The notes beneath the pieces were generated by a model. It was given only the letters and a program-made list of their open reading frames with translations. It had not been told where the DNA came from and did not search any database. Below, one piece after another: positions 1 to 12,556 of a stretch of DNA of 64,000 nt. A program made the translations under genes and the position numbers. The first letter of the stretch is position 1. The number at the start of each line of letters is the position of its first letter. This DNA is from Takakia lepidozioides (Eukaryota > Plantae > Bryophyta): assembly GCA_030704615.1 (NCBI GenBank), contig CM060731.1, positions 11,718,001 to 11,782,000 on the forward strand. The letters are read 5' to 3'.

Positions 1-411
1 GGGATGGTAAAGAGTGACATGTTGCACTCAACTGTGTTTACTGAATGACCAACAGAAGTGGCCTAGTTTTCCAGTTCTGATAAAGGCCCAGCAGGATCCC
101 CAACAACTCACAAAGAGAAACCAAGAAAATATCAAAACAGAAGAAGACCAAACTTCAGCTTCTTCCTTCTAATATGATACAAATTAACAATTGGGCTTCC
201 ATAGCAACAATGCTGCACCCATCCAGCGAATCCACACTCCAGAGATATATAACAAGTAGTTCTAACAACCCACAGTCCTAGCTTATAAACATTCACAAGA
301 CTGGATCAGCTGCATATTTCATCCTTTCGTATTTGCAGGCTTTGGGATGAATTTCTTGGCATGATGAGTACCCAAAGCGTGATGTCGACACATTTGCGAA
401 GATTAAAGCCA

Positions 412-1482
412 CTAGATCTGCCGCAGTCGCTGCTGCCTTAAGCTTGAGCGGAAATTGGTCAACTCGTCCCTCCAGCGAGCTGCATCGGAATACCGCTCCT
501 CGACAACAGCCATGAGCATACTTTTCATCAAGGTAATTTCTTCGGCTATGGGATCCGGTTCATCGTCCGCACAGTCCCAGAAGGAGGCGTCTTTGTTTCT
601 TGGGCTTGTCTCCCACCTCTTCCCAAAAGCAGGTTCTTGCACAGGTCTCACACCGTCCGCGTCGATTATAGTCTTATTCACATACATGGGTACCTTGCAT
701 CTGACAGCTAAATTTATAGCATCCGAGGGGCGGGCATCCACACTGAACACTTCCGCCTCTCCAGACACTCCAAAATATATCCGCGCATAGTATGTGTCCA
801 CAACACGCTCGGTGACCCTCACCATGCGCACCTCGTAATTGAGGGACCCCACCATATCCTTGATAAGATGGTAATGGTTCGGCCTTCCCAAAGACTCGTC
901 ATCATGAAGTGCCTTCATCAGCATGCTCACCGCCCCATCCCCCACAACAATGGGAAGCATCAGATCCGAGTCATGGGTAATCTTGAGAAAGATGGTGGGC
1001 GTGCTGGACTTAAACAGCAGTTGACCCTTAGCTCGATTGATATGCTCCACTTCCACCTCTCTCCCACCGATCAGAGTCATGAACAGATGCCCCTGCGATG
1101 GCACCATGCTCACAGCTTCCAGCACATCAACTTGCAGATAGTCACTGGTATCATCATCCTCAACATGACTGCTCCCGCTGCTACTGCTCTCATAGCTACT
1201 CCGCACCCCACCCTCCCTGCAGCGGCCCTGCTTCTTGCACCCCCACCATGCCTCCAGCTGCTTCCTCCACAACCAATTCAACCCTGCCTGCTTCCCGCAG
1301 GACAAACTGTAGCCCAGTGTCTGCGGGTAACTGAGGTAGGGGAGTACAGCCCAGCCTCCTATGGCCCCTGACAGCGGCAAACTCCTACAAGGCAGCCCTG
1401 TTTGCTGTAAAACAGACCCGCATGCAATCGATGCGTTGCAACACGAGTGCAGGCCTGGATTGAGACGCCCCAGCATCGCCAT
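412..1482 (-). CDS. BBD: Bifunctional nuclease (BBD/BFN; DUF151 domain plus C-terminal UvrB/UvrC-like motif), intronless, with an N-terminal transit-peptide-like extension
   Basis: 356-aa ORF with PTIFLK...LPIVVG, RPNHYHLIKDM, VRVTERVVDTYYARIY, VDARPSDAINLAVRCKVPMYV and C-terminal AVVEERYSDAARWRDEL, which are typical of plant BBD1/2. Confidence 0.93.
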   Translation of the reverse strand: MAMLGRLNPGLHSCCNASIACGSVLQQTGLPCRSLPLSGAIGGWAVLPYLSYPQTLGYSLSCGKQAGLNWLWRKQLEAWWGCKKQGRCREGGVRSSYESSSSGSSHVEDDDTSDYLQVDVLEAVSMVPSQGHLFMTLIGGREVEVEHINRAKGQLLFKSSTPTIFLKITHDSDLMLPIVVGDGAVSMLMKALHDDESLGRPNHYHLIKDMVGSLNYEVRMVRVTERVVDTYYARIYFGVSGEAEVFSVDARPSDAINLAVRCKVPMYVNKTIIDADGVRPVQEPAFGKRWETSPRNKDASFWDCADDEPDPIAEEITLMKSMLMAVVEERYSDAARWRDELTNFRSSLRQQRLRQI

Positions 1483-2299
1483 ACCTCCAATCCTCCCCTC
1501 TCCTCTCTCTCTTCCTCTCCCCCCTCTTCTCCACCCTCGTCTCTCTGCTCCCCCTCACTGTGCGTTCGACCCTCTCACTAATCAAATCACTAGAGATACT
1601 TAACAGAAGTTTAGTAGATAACGGAATCATAAGCGGGGTTACCATTAGGACCCATTCGTTGGTTATGGATACTTAGTTATGAGTTTACTAACTAATCAGA
1701 TTTCAGTCAGTGTGGTACAACTCCCTAATCTACTCACTAATGGCCTCACTAAGACTAATGACCTGCACGTGGCAGTATTAAAGGATAAATGCTGCTGACG
1801 TGTATGTTGGTGGTTAGCTACAATGTACGTGGCCTGTGGACTCCTCGTAATGAGGCCGCACGGTGCAAAGGAGACAGGGACCTGACAGAGGGACCCCACT
1901 ACATTAAAACAATCCCTATTGGCGTGTTTCTCTTATATATCAAAAAAACGACAACCTCGTTGGCAGGGTGGAGGTTGTGATCTGGTGGTTAGGTCGATGG
2001 TGATGAAGCGATGCAGGTTCCGGGTTCCATTTCCCAAACGCGGTTCCGATGGCTGGTGCTGAATATAGTTTGTAACTACACTCTCATGCTCAATGTCAGT
2101 GTGTGATGGTGCACAGTCCGGGGTTGATGATGAGAAGAGAGAGAGAAGGTGTGGAGGGGAAGACTGATGAGCGAAGAGGAGTTTAGATCTGAACCCTCGC
2201 CCATGCATTGAGCAGGGTGGGATTGGTACGTGTATGGGTACTCTTTGAGATTATAATAATTAAGTGCAAATGCTGGCAGCACTGTTGGACGCTTACTGT

Positions 2300-2930
2300 G
2301 AAGCACAGCAGGATTGCTGGAAAACCATCACATTCCTCTGAATTACTCTTGCAAACTCTCATTCGTGGCTTTTCTATTGAGTAAATTGGTCGAGGTCTTA
2401 CTTCATGCCTACTAAAGGTTGCTCCTCTCTTGGCCTTGGTGTTGATCCTCAAGAGATCAATTGTATGGCCTGCTCTATAAGACTCCTGCTAAGGACAGTG
2501 GTTTTTTGAAAAGTACTACAAACCTGGGAATCACTTCACCAAACTCTCATTCATGAATCTCTATGGAGGAATTTGGTGAGAGGTACTTGGTGAGCTGGTG
2601 AGTGTACTGCTCATAAAGTCCAACAATCCACTGTGCATCACAAGGGTCAAATAAAGTGCTACTCTACAAAGAGAAACCCCTCATGGGCCAAGCAGTCCTT
2701 CCATAGGCAGTACAAACATGACGACAGAAGACTGTCATGAGGTTCACAGTCACACCTTCACACACAGTTCCATCGCAGCTTCAACGTCGTAGGCTACTTC
2801 CTTGATGGTGATAGTTATCAACTTACATGGGAAACCCACAGCTGTGAACATCGGGTCACTGTCTATACCGATCACAAAAACCTTAAGTATTTTATGAGTG
2901 CTCGTGTTTTGAATCGACGAAATCAAACCT
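2300..2930. mobile_element. Degraded Ty3/Gypsy retrotransposon fragments
   Basis: Plus strand ~2858-2920 translates TVYTDHKNLKYFMSARVLNRR (Gypsy RNase H motif); an HTIDL-like pol linker on the minus strand near 2450; stops and frameshifts throughout. Confidence 0.6.
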
Positions 2931-4373
2931 TGCTAGTGACATACTCCATCTCAAGCAGCAGCAACATCATCTCACTCTCTGTTGATTTGGTGAAGTTGTA
3001 GCAAGGTGGTTCTTAAGACTGGAGCTACACGGTGTCATAGTATATCTTGTCCGAAACAGGCTCAGCTTTTACATTGTTTGGGGTGAGCAAGTTGGGCTCT
3101 CTTTACCTGCACATGCATTAGACAACCGATGGCAATTGCATCTGGTGTAAACAGAAAACTTCCAGATAAAAAACTGAGTGGCTTAATAGCGATTATCATT
3201 ATTTTCCATGTTGTTGGAGTACATACATGCCTTGCTCCCGAGAGTCTTCTTGCAGCAAATACTCTCCAAACGCTCTATTGCATTTCATGGGCTGATGAAG
3301 GCTCGTCATGTTCTCTATTGAGCTCTGCTGTCAGTGCCAATCCTCCAATTCAGAGCTGTTTGTTTCAATTAAGACCTTTATAACAAGCATCCCAGACTCT
3401 TAAGCAATGTTAGAGCACGGTAAAATGTACAAGGGATGTGCACAAAGTGAAATAGATTCTTGATCAACACTTTAGCATTGTCAGCTTCAATGTACCACAG
3501 CTGTCTTGGGAAAGAACTTCCAAAAGAGTTTGATGTATTGCAGATTTGTATACTGTTGGTCATGTGACAAATCCAATTTTGCTGGAGGTGGGCAAAAGCT
3601 GCAAGATCTTAGTGAGGTCCATTTGCAGCAGAGAAAGGTGACATGAGGACGCCGTATTTATTCATGATAAATGAACTCCTAAGGTCCCATATTTGTTTCC
3701 TGGAATCCATCTCTCAAAACACTTCAACTGATGATTAATCCAGAGAACCAAGAACTCCACTGCAGGATAATAGTGTGATATGACACGGATGAATGTCGAG
3801 GGCTTCACTGCATTCTCCTACCTATTTGAGAGAAGTCAGTGTCAAGGCTTGATTGTATACATTCAGAGGAAGTTGAAGTTCCATTGTGGATAGAATTGGC
3901 AGATCACAATATATATGAAGTCGAGGATTGAGGCAGCGCTTCGCTTCTGTTGCACCAAAATGTCTAATTTCTGACAGTGAGTTCGATGGCATTGATCAGA
4001 TTGTCCTGGCTATGTCGTGACCTATTTACATCTCCAATGAGAAAGTAGACCATCCTTTTTGGATTGTTGACCGATGAGTGAATCTCTCTTTTCTGTGGTG
4101 TAAAAGTGTCTTGGGAATTGAGTACAAGATGGGTTGGCATTCTACCAAGGCCTGGGTTAGCATTGTTAAGCACAAAACTATGAACTGTAACGAAACAAAT
4201 TTTGCTTCTTTAAATTACCAAATCTCCCTTAAGATAACATCCAAATATGGTTGCCCGCTGGCATCCCGATGGGATAACAGTCTCACTATCTTCGTAATCT
4301 CTCAAAGCAGGCATGTTTGCCACCCCATACTTGCCTGCCATCCTAGGGCCAGTTTCAGGCCTATTGTTGCAGG

Positions 4374-7300
4374 TCAATGAACTTGAGATTCTAGCAATAG
4401 GTTTGTAGCTGTTGCCACGTCATTCCTGGCCTGAGCCAAAGCTTGCAATGCATCACTCCGGTTAAATCCCATTGCCACAAGTGTCAACACAGACTCTTCC
4501 GACGGTGGTACAGGTGCCAGGAGAGGAGCAGGGGCAGGGAAAAGGGTCTGCAAACCAGTCATTTTGCAGTCAGTTCAAAATAAAGAGCTCCACCAAGACA
4601 CAGCACCTCATACCCGCGGTAATTTCAGGACAGCCAAGCAACTACAATTTTCTGTTCCCTTGATGAATAGCTACTCTAACCTTCAACAATCACTGCAGAA
4701 TACCTTTTCCGCTGACATAAAGCACCCCACTACAAATGCAAACAAATTCCAATCCAAAACTAGAAGAGAGTTCAATTCTTACATACACACATACATAGTA
4801 GCCAAATGGCTATACCAGCAATTGCATGTAAAAGGCAAACTACATGGGCCTTGAACTGAAAGGCAGGTCTCTGCACGGAGTTCTCCAAAAGGGCCGTACA
4901 CAACTAATTACGAATCACTTATCAAATGCATGAAAATTGCAGAAGTGATTCTAAATTGTTATGGCCCATGTTGTACGCACCTCATAGCCCCGACCAACAG
5001 GAACATGATCAGTAGCTTCTCTGGTGCCATTTACTCTGCCGACTATCGACGGAGGAGGTACTCTCGAGATGATCGGTGCAAACATCCATGATGTTGCCGC
5101 TGCCAGCCCTTCTGGGAACTGCAAACCCAGCAATTGAGACAATATGTTTCTCTTAGAATTTCAATGGAAGAAAAACCTTTTGATTTCCCATGACTGATTT
5201 CTTAGCCTCATTGCTGGGAGTTAAACTTCCTTTCCAATCCTTTACTCATTTCTGACTGTAGAGATAAAAGCACTAGCACTTTCTTGATATTGACGTACCC
5301 TAATAGCTTACAAAACAACTCCAATCACATCAAATTTGTTATTTTCATTTCTCCATAAGCATAGCCCTTCGATCCACTAGTTTGAGAATAATCTTGTTGT
5401 GAAGGACAGACGTGTCAGTATTTCTCATCTCGTTTCCCCACCTTGCAGTGTCTTTAGCACTTTCCCTAACAACACTCGTTCTCTGTACCTTCAACCTGCG
5501 AACACCCAAAATGTTGGACCTGTACATGAACCCGGCAAGCACTCCACAGATGCCCGGTATGAGTGACTGCTTCCATGATGACAGCAGAAGCTGCAGAAAC
5601 AACCAAACTGGCAAATATGAGACCCTCGTACCAGAACAATAAACTAAATCCAATGTTCCGAGAGACAATGTACTCATGAGCCGTTGTTTGCCTCCTTGTG
5701 GCCATAGACCCCGCACCCAGTTTTGGCGGAATGTTCTGAGAGAGACAATGTACTCATAAGATGTTGTTTGCCGTAGCCTTGTGGCCATTGACCCCGCGCC
5801 CAGTTTGAGCGGAAACCAAAGGGACAGAACCTACCTCTGTCAGGGGCTGACGTTGGTAGTAAGACTTACCTTGATACATAGAATTGATCCGGGTTTTCCA
5901 GATATCCTCTAGAAATCCCTTCACACAAGCATCAATCTGATGTGTGTGATTTGCCCAAAAACTAGGCCTCAGAAGGGCCTGAGCTTTTGGCTCAGCCTCG
6001 AGACTTTCAAAGTTCTGAGAGAGAGAGAGAGAGTAAGAGAGCAAATGTCTTAGTCATTCACCAAAAAGTGAAACAATTTGGACACAAGCTAAACACAGTG
6101 TAAAGGGGCGGGGCGGGGAGGGGAGAGGAGGGTCTTCACCTGCAGGCCTGCGAGGTAGACAAACGACTTGTCAGAGAAGCGGGCACCAAAAATCTTTAAT
6201 CGAGTGGAGACGGGGATGTCAAAGAAGAAGGGAACAAATGATGCAAATATCAAGCCATAAGGGCCTGGGGTTAAGGAGATGCCCGGCAATTTTATTGGAT
6301 CTGCACAGCCCCCAGAAATTCCAGCCTCTTAAAGCACAACTTCTTTGTGACTGTAGTATTTGAAAGACGTAAGTCTCCATACACAAGAGTATAATACATG
6401 TTGATGGATCCCATGATCCTTTCCCTTCTTCAGGTATTAGGTGAGATGCAAGCTGAGGAAGATGAAGGAGAGCGTCTCTGGTGGACCATCCCCAAGGAAA
6501 CATGGAGCCCCTTATGATACAAATGTCTGGAACTACTATTTCACAAACTTGATAGAGTACGAGCAGATGTATGATGGAGAAACTACAGTGGAAACAGTCC
6601 GAGCAGGCCAAGCAACTGTCATCAGCTAATCAACCCTGCTTATTAGATTGGTTAGGTAGCAAAAAAATTGGACTTGTAAATTATCAGATTGCAGGTCTCA
6701 GAGAAGATGGTACCTCTTAATCCCACCAATACAATAACCTCCAGAATAGTTGTAAGAGCTGTGGAAAACAAGACAGAAAACTGCCATGTCCCATTCCCCC
6801 CAAGGGTTAGCAGATGAGAGAGCAAAGACCTCTGGGAGTTGTCTGCTATACCATTTCCTTGCAGCATATTTTCTCGTGCACTTTGCCCAAAGAATTTGTG
6901 CTGGACTTTCACTCCAATTGGTTGCTCAAAGCATTGAACAACATGATCAATCTACTTCATATGTGTGAGAGACATGGATAACAGTTATGCCCACTTGACA
7001 TGGAGGAGTTCAAATAGGTTGCAAATATAAGTATCAGATGTCTCCCCTCTCTCCAACCCCATCCATGAGCAAAGCCACTAAACAAAACCCCAAAAGGAAA
7101 CCGAATGTCCTTAAGAATTGCAAGTAAATGTCACTGAAAAAGAAGCATCGAGAATTAGTTGATGCACACCAGGTATTTGTTAGACCCAATTTGTCTCTCA
7201 AAGACTCTGAAGAAGTACACTAAATAAAGTCCAAACACAAGCTCCGGTGTTGAAGAAAATACAAATGGCGAAGTGGCCAGCCGCCACAGTTGCATCCTCT

Positions 7301-8577
7301 GCACAACTTTCTGCCACTCCCAAACACAGCAACGTGAAGTCAGCCCACAACTGCCTAGAATTGCCCTCTCCCTTCACTCCTTTCCCTTCCATGACAAGCA
7401 CTTCAACCTCTCCTTAAATTCACATGCTGATTCCATACACCAAGATGTAACTTTCAAATTCTGCTCGAGCTCTTTCAAGCATAAAATGTCAGCTCCGCAC
7501 ATACCTGATAAGAGAGGCTGAGAACCCTAGCGCCACCTTGGGTGCCAACCAGAACCGACACCAACCCACATGCTAGCACTATTCCCTTGGTTACTGGTGC
7601 ATTATCTGCATCAGAGTCAAGTTAGTGGAACTGCTTTAAACCCCTATTTGCCAAAACTGGATGAGCATCATTCCTGTCCACAAACCATGAAACAGTTAAG
7701 CTGATTTCCACAGCAATCCCTTCACAACCGACTATAGATCTGCCCAGCATTTCGGATAAATGCGGGAATTAATCTTTGAAGCAGTAGTTGCAAAGTTTGC
7801 CATAATTTTGGTCTTTCCAGTTGGAAGTACAATCCGCCACAGGAGCATCAATGCAGATCCTTCCAATGCAGGTTGAGGGGAAATTGGCAATCATGAACAG
7901 GATGAGCTGATGTGAAATACAGGACTGGAAAGAGGATGCTTCTGCATTTGTTGAGTGCGAGGAGGTTTCCCTCTTCAGACATTCACTAGAGAAAAAGCTC
8001 AGAATTCGGACAGGTTTTGTAAGTGATTGGAAAAGTTACTTTCCATCAACTGTGGAACAATAATAAAGATTTCAAAGGAGACTGACAATTGCTGGTCTCT
8101 TCAGCTCCCACGTCTCAAGTCCTAAATCTCTACAAAAATCCGCTCTAGGCTAGCTACAGCCCTCTCATCTACCCTGGCTGTACTGTTATTTGCCCTCATG
8201 GATCCCAAAGCTGAAGGTTTGATGATTTCACACAACGGGGCCGCCAAAACACGATGGGCTATTCTGCCAAAGGCCTCGTCATATAAATTTCCATTTCTAC
8301 TGAACCTCAAAGGTTGCTCCGCCCCAAAAACCCTAGGAAAAGATCGATCTTCCTCCCCTGACGGAAAACAAGAATCCCAAAATGAGTACAAACGCAATCC
8401 AAACAGAAGCAAATCACAAGAGGAGAAAGTGGGGAAACTTTAGGTCTTAACAGATCCGAAAGATCCTGCACCATGCATGCTGTGTTCCATGAAATCCAAA
8501 TTAAATCAAAGAGAGACAGCAGCAAATCACAAAGGGACGAGCGTTGTCTTACGAAACCCAGCAGGTCCTGCATTCAT
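4374..8577 (-). CDS. Rhomboid-like protein with C-terminal UBA domain (RBL18/RBL20-type, UBAC2-like); exons 8577-8553, 7605-7505, 7310-7170, 6780-6714, 6300-6140, 5590-5489, 5118-4981, 4547-4374
   Basis: Manually spliced at GT-AG sites: [15 protein letters not shown]...[40 protein letters not shown]...[21 protein letters not shown]...[28 protein letters not shown]...[43 protein letters not shown]. Confidence 0.92.
5655..6022 (-). mobile_element. Two tandem 5'-truncated LINE 3' ends in a rhomboid-gene intron
   Basis: 5770-6014 is similar to 41891-42136 and encodes [15 protein letters not shown]...GVNGHKATA (ORF2 C-terminus-like); a shorter copy at ~5666-5732; GTTC(C/T)GAGAGA target-like duplications at 5655, 5733 and 6012. 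Confidence 0.65.
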
Positions 8578-8911
8578 GGTGCGCCCTTTTATGTGTAGTG
8601 CCCCTCCAAGCCCCGCAAATCGTTCAGTAATGTGCGTAATGCGACTGCAACTTCGAATGCAGAGAAGATGGTGGGTGCAGGACACAACACACAGTCCTCT
8701 TATGAGACCACAGGCCTTCTGCCATGGCAGTTTAGCTTTGCACTAATTCTATTAGCTTGCCCTCAATCAGCCTCCCTTCTGCTAAGCTCTACGGAATATT
8801 TGAGTCGATTCCACAACGGACGTGCAACGTGTGCACATCTTTCGTGACTTCTAACAGACATCCTTCAGATTTGAACAAATTAAATACAGATCAGTGTTTT
8901 CTGTTTGTACG

Positions 8912-8977
8912 ATGATTCAACTTGGTCCCCTCTTTACACTGGGGACCACCAAGAAAGAGGGGACCATGTTGAAGCAT
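8912..8977. repeat. Inverted repeat / hairpin (~20-24 bp stem) upstream of the rhomboid-like gene
   Basis: TTCAACTTGGTCCCCTCTTT ... AAAGAGGGGACCATGTTGAA (1 mismatch), 18-nt loop. Confidence 0.8.
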
Positions 8978-9510
8978 TTTTGGCCCCACTCTTGGTCCTT
9001 ACTTAGATGCAGATAAAATGTCCGTAATATCTTTAGAGACGAAAGTAAGTTCGTGTGTGAAAGAGATAAGATAAAGAGAGAACTGGCATAAAACACATGT
9101 GGGAGTGCAATGGTGAAAAAAGTAAGAAAAATGGTGACGCCTCCGCAAGGAAGCCTAAATTATGGTGTCTCTTTGTCCGGAGGGGCTTACTCAAGACTAC
9201 TACTGCTTTCCATTGGAAGGTGGACACTTTGAACCCGAGATCACGTAGGTTATGTACACGGTAAGTCCCCCCTCCGAGGGCTTACCGCAGTGTGAGGGAG
9301 TAGTCCGTGGGCGTAGCTCCAGGCAGTACGATCCGAGCACCAAGGTGGCCCTAGGTGGGAGCACTTTCCCTGCGTAAAGACAAAGGGTTCTTTCCCGCGG
9401 TGGATGGCGGAGATCTCATGATGATTGGGTAGATGGCTCAGATCCCTAGAACTAAAATAAAAAGAAACTAATTTGGAAAATAAAAGATGACAGGGCGTAA
9501 GACCCCCAAT

Positions 9511-9592
9511 GGGCCTTACGCCGTAAGCTCCCCGCCCCCAGGCATCTTACGCGTAAAATCCCTAGGGCCGGGGAGCTTATGCCGTAAGGCCC
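9511..9592. repeat. GC-rich inverted repeat with nested TTAC..GTAA palindromes
   Basis: GGGCCTTACGCCGTAAGCTCCCCG versus CGGGGAGCTTATGCCGTAAGGCCC (2 mismatches); loop contains TTACGCGTAA. Confidence 0.75.
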
Positions 9593-12556
9593 CTGCCAGC
9601 TGTTGATGTGATATTCTGTAAGATAACGTCCCTGCGAATACAAGGGGGAAACCCCGTAGGTTTTTACGCATAGGCAAGACACAAATTCCTAACCATTGGG
9701 CTATTTGCTCTACTGCAAAACAATGTAACTCTAGAATCAACTTCAGTGTGTCTCATCTCATCCATGGGGTGGAGCAAAAAGCTATCAAAATGATTAAATA
9801 ATTGGGCTCTCGCATGATGTCCAACCATAGGGGTAGCTGATCTCACTCTTTATTTCTTGACCTTTGTTCTAAGGTTGTTGTTAGGTCAAAAAACCCATGA
9901 TCAGTGTCGATCGTTGTGACCAGATTGTCAAGTTCCTATTGACAATAAGACTAGCTGAAATTTAGTTGTGAACATTCAACAGGTCCACAGTAACAGCTCA
10001 AAAAAAGGTTGAAGCTTTGGACGTGTACTTCAAGTTAGATATGAGCACCATAGCCTGATGTTGTGATTGTATAGAATATTCATTGAAAGTCTTTAACACC
10101 ACAATTGACAATTCATAACATATGAATAAGAGAAAATGTGAATACTCACCTCAATTCTCATCAGCATTTTCTTTTCTCATTTTTCAGAAGTAGCGCAAGC
10201 GGCCACCTATGTGTTCTATCCAGCATCCCATGTGGCGAAAAAACGAGTTGGTACCTGTAGAAAGGTCGCTATACAACAAGTGGCACATTTTAACATGTCC
10301 ACGATGGCAATGATAGAGCGGCCAAAAACTCCCCCCCAAAAAAATGTTGATCCCCATTCACCCCACCTTAATGAATCTCTCTTGGCACGCGTACTTCTTC
10401 TTTGAGCTAAATGCTCAGATCCGATCAACATTGTCAACAAATGTGTACTTTGAAACAACATGAAGATGAGCACCACATGGATAAAGCCGCTGAAATGTGA
10501 CTTTTATTGACACCGTCATATTGGCTAAGAATGGACTTGCTTTAGCAACATGAGCTAGGATTCCCTCTATCAACATCTGCATAAACCTAGACCTCAGGGC
10601 AATTGTACAACCACCTACTTTTTGCAAACCCCTTTGTTTATTGTTACTTTCGGAAAGAAGCAACAATACTACAATATATAATTTCTCAAATTTTACTATC
10701 CTTGAAATTGTGAAGGTCATCAAACTTGACTTAGAGCCAAAAGAGGGGAATATAAACAACAAACCATATGTACTAACCGCTTCCCGTCTCGTCAAACTTT
10801 CTTTAGTGCAATCCCGAACATTTCTTTTTTATTTGTGCTTTGTAACGAGAGGCTAGACCTAGATTCTAGAAGTGCTAAATTTGCTCCTTCCAATACATAG
10901 GCACCCCTTCTAGAACAAGTGCAAATAAGAATCTAGCCAAGCTCTTCTAGTGTTCTCACTAGAGTAATAGCACCAACAATTTCAATTGGGACTAGTACAT
11001 TGGATTTCAAATCTTGTACGGAAGTGATCTAGCAAGAGTCCAAAATGCTCATATCACTAACCACATAACTGCAATTACACAACATATATGAGTTGGACCC
11101 AATGGTTGCCAAAAAAATGCAACACATTCTCGTTTTTTTGTTCCTTGAAGTTTGGGCATTCTACTGTCTTGTGGTTTTTTGATCCGTGGCACAACCTATT
11201 ATATAGCTTTTATGGTTGGAGTTGACAATCTCGGCAATACATATTTGCAATATGTGCTTATAAATTTTTTGTTATTTCACAAGTGATTTTTTAGAACTTG
11301 TGTTTTTGATTGCGATGTCTTTTTGTTTTCTCCCTATCCAATACTAATATGGTTCTTTTTCTCCAGACATGATGAAAGATTGTGTAAAAACCTACAAAGG
11401 TCTCCCCACTCGATTCTAGGAGGAACGTTTCCATTCTCCAGTTTTCTCATACGATGAGGATGTGTTCAGAACTTGGAAGATTCTCTCAAATCACATGTCT
11501 ACTAACCGCACTGCTCCTAACCTCTTCTTATCAGCTATCAAGAATCCACGGGGGACTGCCTGATTCAAGGGTAGTATTCATATGGGAGAAGGGATCAAGC
11601 GCAACTTCCATTCTCCGCATGGAGCAGATGCCTACCACAGCAGGAATCTCCGGGGCCTTTACCAATAAATCTGGTCGAGTTATTGCCATTACGAGAATGG
11701 CCACTGCTCATGTACCACAAGAGGTAATGACAATAGTAATAGGCCATAGAAATATCAAAATGCTTCTCGTTATGACAAGAGTATAACCATTAAACATTGA
11801 GCAGCTCAAAATCTTGGACGATAGCCATATGATGAATGTGGTCGTCCTTTGATTTTTCAGTACCATCTTGATCGAGAATTGGAAGCCTATCATCAAAAAA
11901 TAAAATACAGGGGGTGTCATTCCGTGAGCCCGGAGGCGTGAGCCTGTGAGCCCAGCACAAGCTCACGCCACGTCAGCATGCATACATGGCCTCTTTCCGC
12001 GGGTGTCACCTATTACCGCGGGTTGATCAGCCATTTCCAGGGAATGCAGATTGGATGTGTTACATCCATTGTATCTATCCATTGCATCCATTTAGACGTT
12101 ATTAATATACCAAGCCCTTGCATTGGAATGTGGCTATGTCGTGAGCAGGTGCACACTCGCATCATCCAAAGTGGATCCCTGCGAAATGTTTTCTTACTCA
12201 CCACCCTTGCGAACATGTAAAGTATGTGCGGGAGCATCATGGATGCTCACCAGAAGAATGCCTGAACGATCTTTGATCACGTGGACTTTAACGCGATGGA
12301 TTTACCAAGCATTCTTCTGGCAGGAATGGTCTGGAGACCAACGAGCAAATGATGGAATGCACACAAGCCTGTGAGCTCCGGAAAACACCAAAGAGATTGA
12401 AGGACCAATCCGGGCACTCCATGCAACCCCCATCTCCAACGATAGTTTGTTCCCAGGAATTTGCATCCCACGCACACATTGCAAACAGGACAACAAGGAC
12501 CCACAACCATCCCATTTCAAAATTGGCCCCGAATAAAAGTAAAAGAAAACTTGATA

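Noticed and set aside
455-1645. Antisense and overlapping ORFs on the BBD gene (and similar ones over FRL, TAB2 and DUF3444)
   Set aside because: Shadow ORFs of real coding sequence
3129-4380. Short ORFs between the Gypsy fragment and the rhomboid gene
   Set aside because: No homology motifs or consistent splice structure; likely 3' UTR or intergenic
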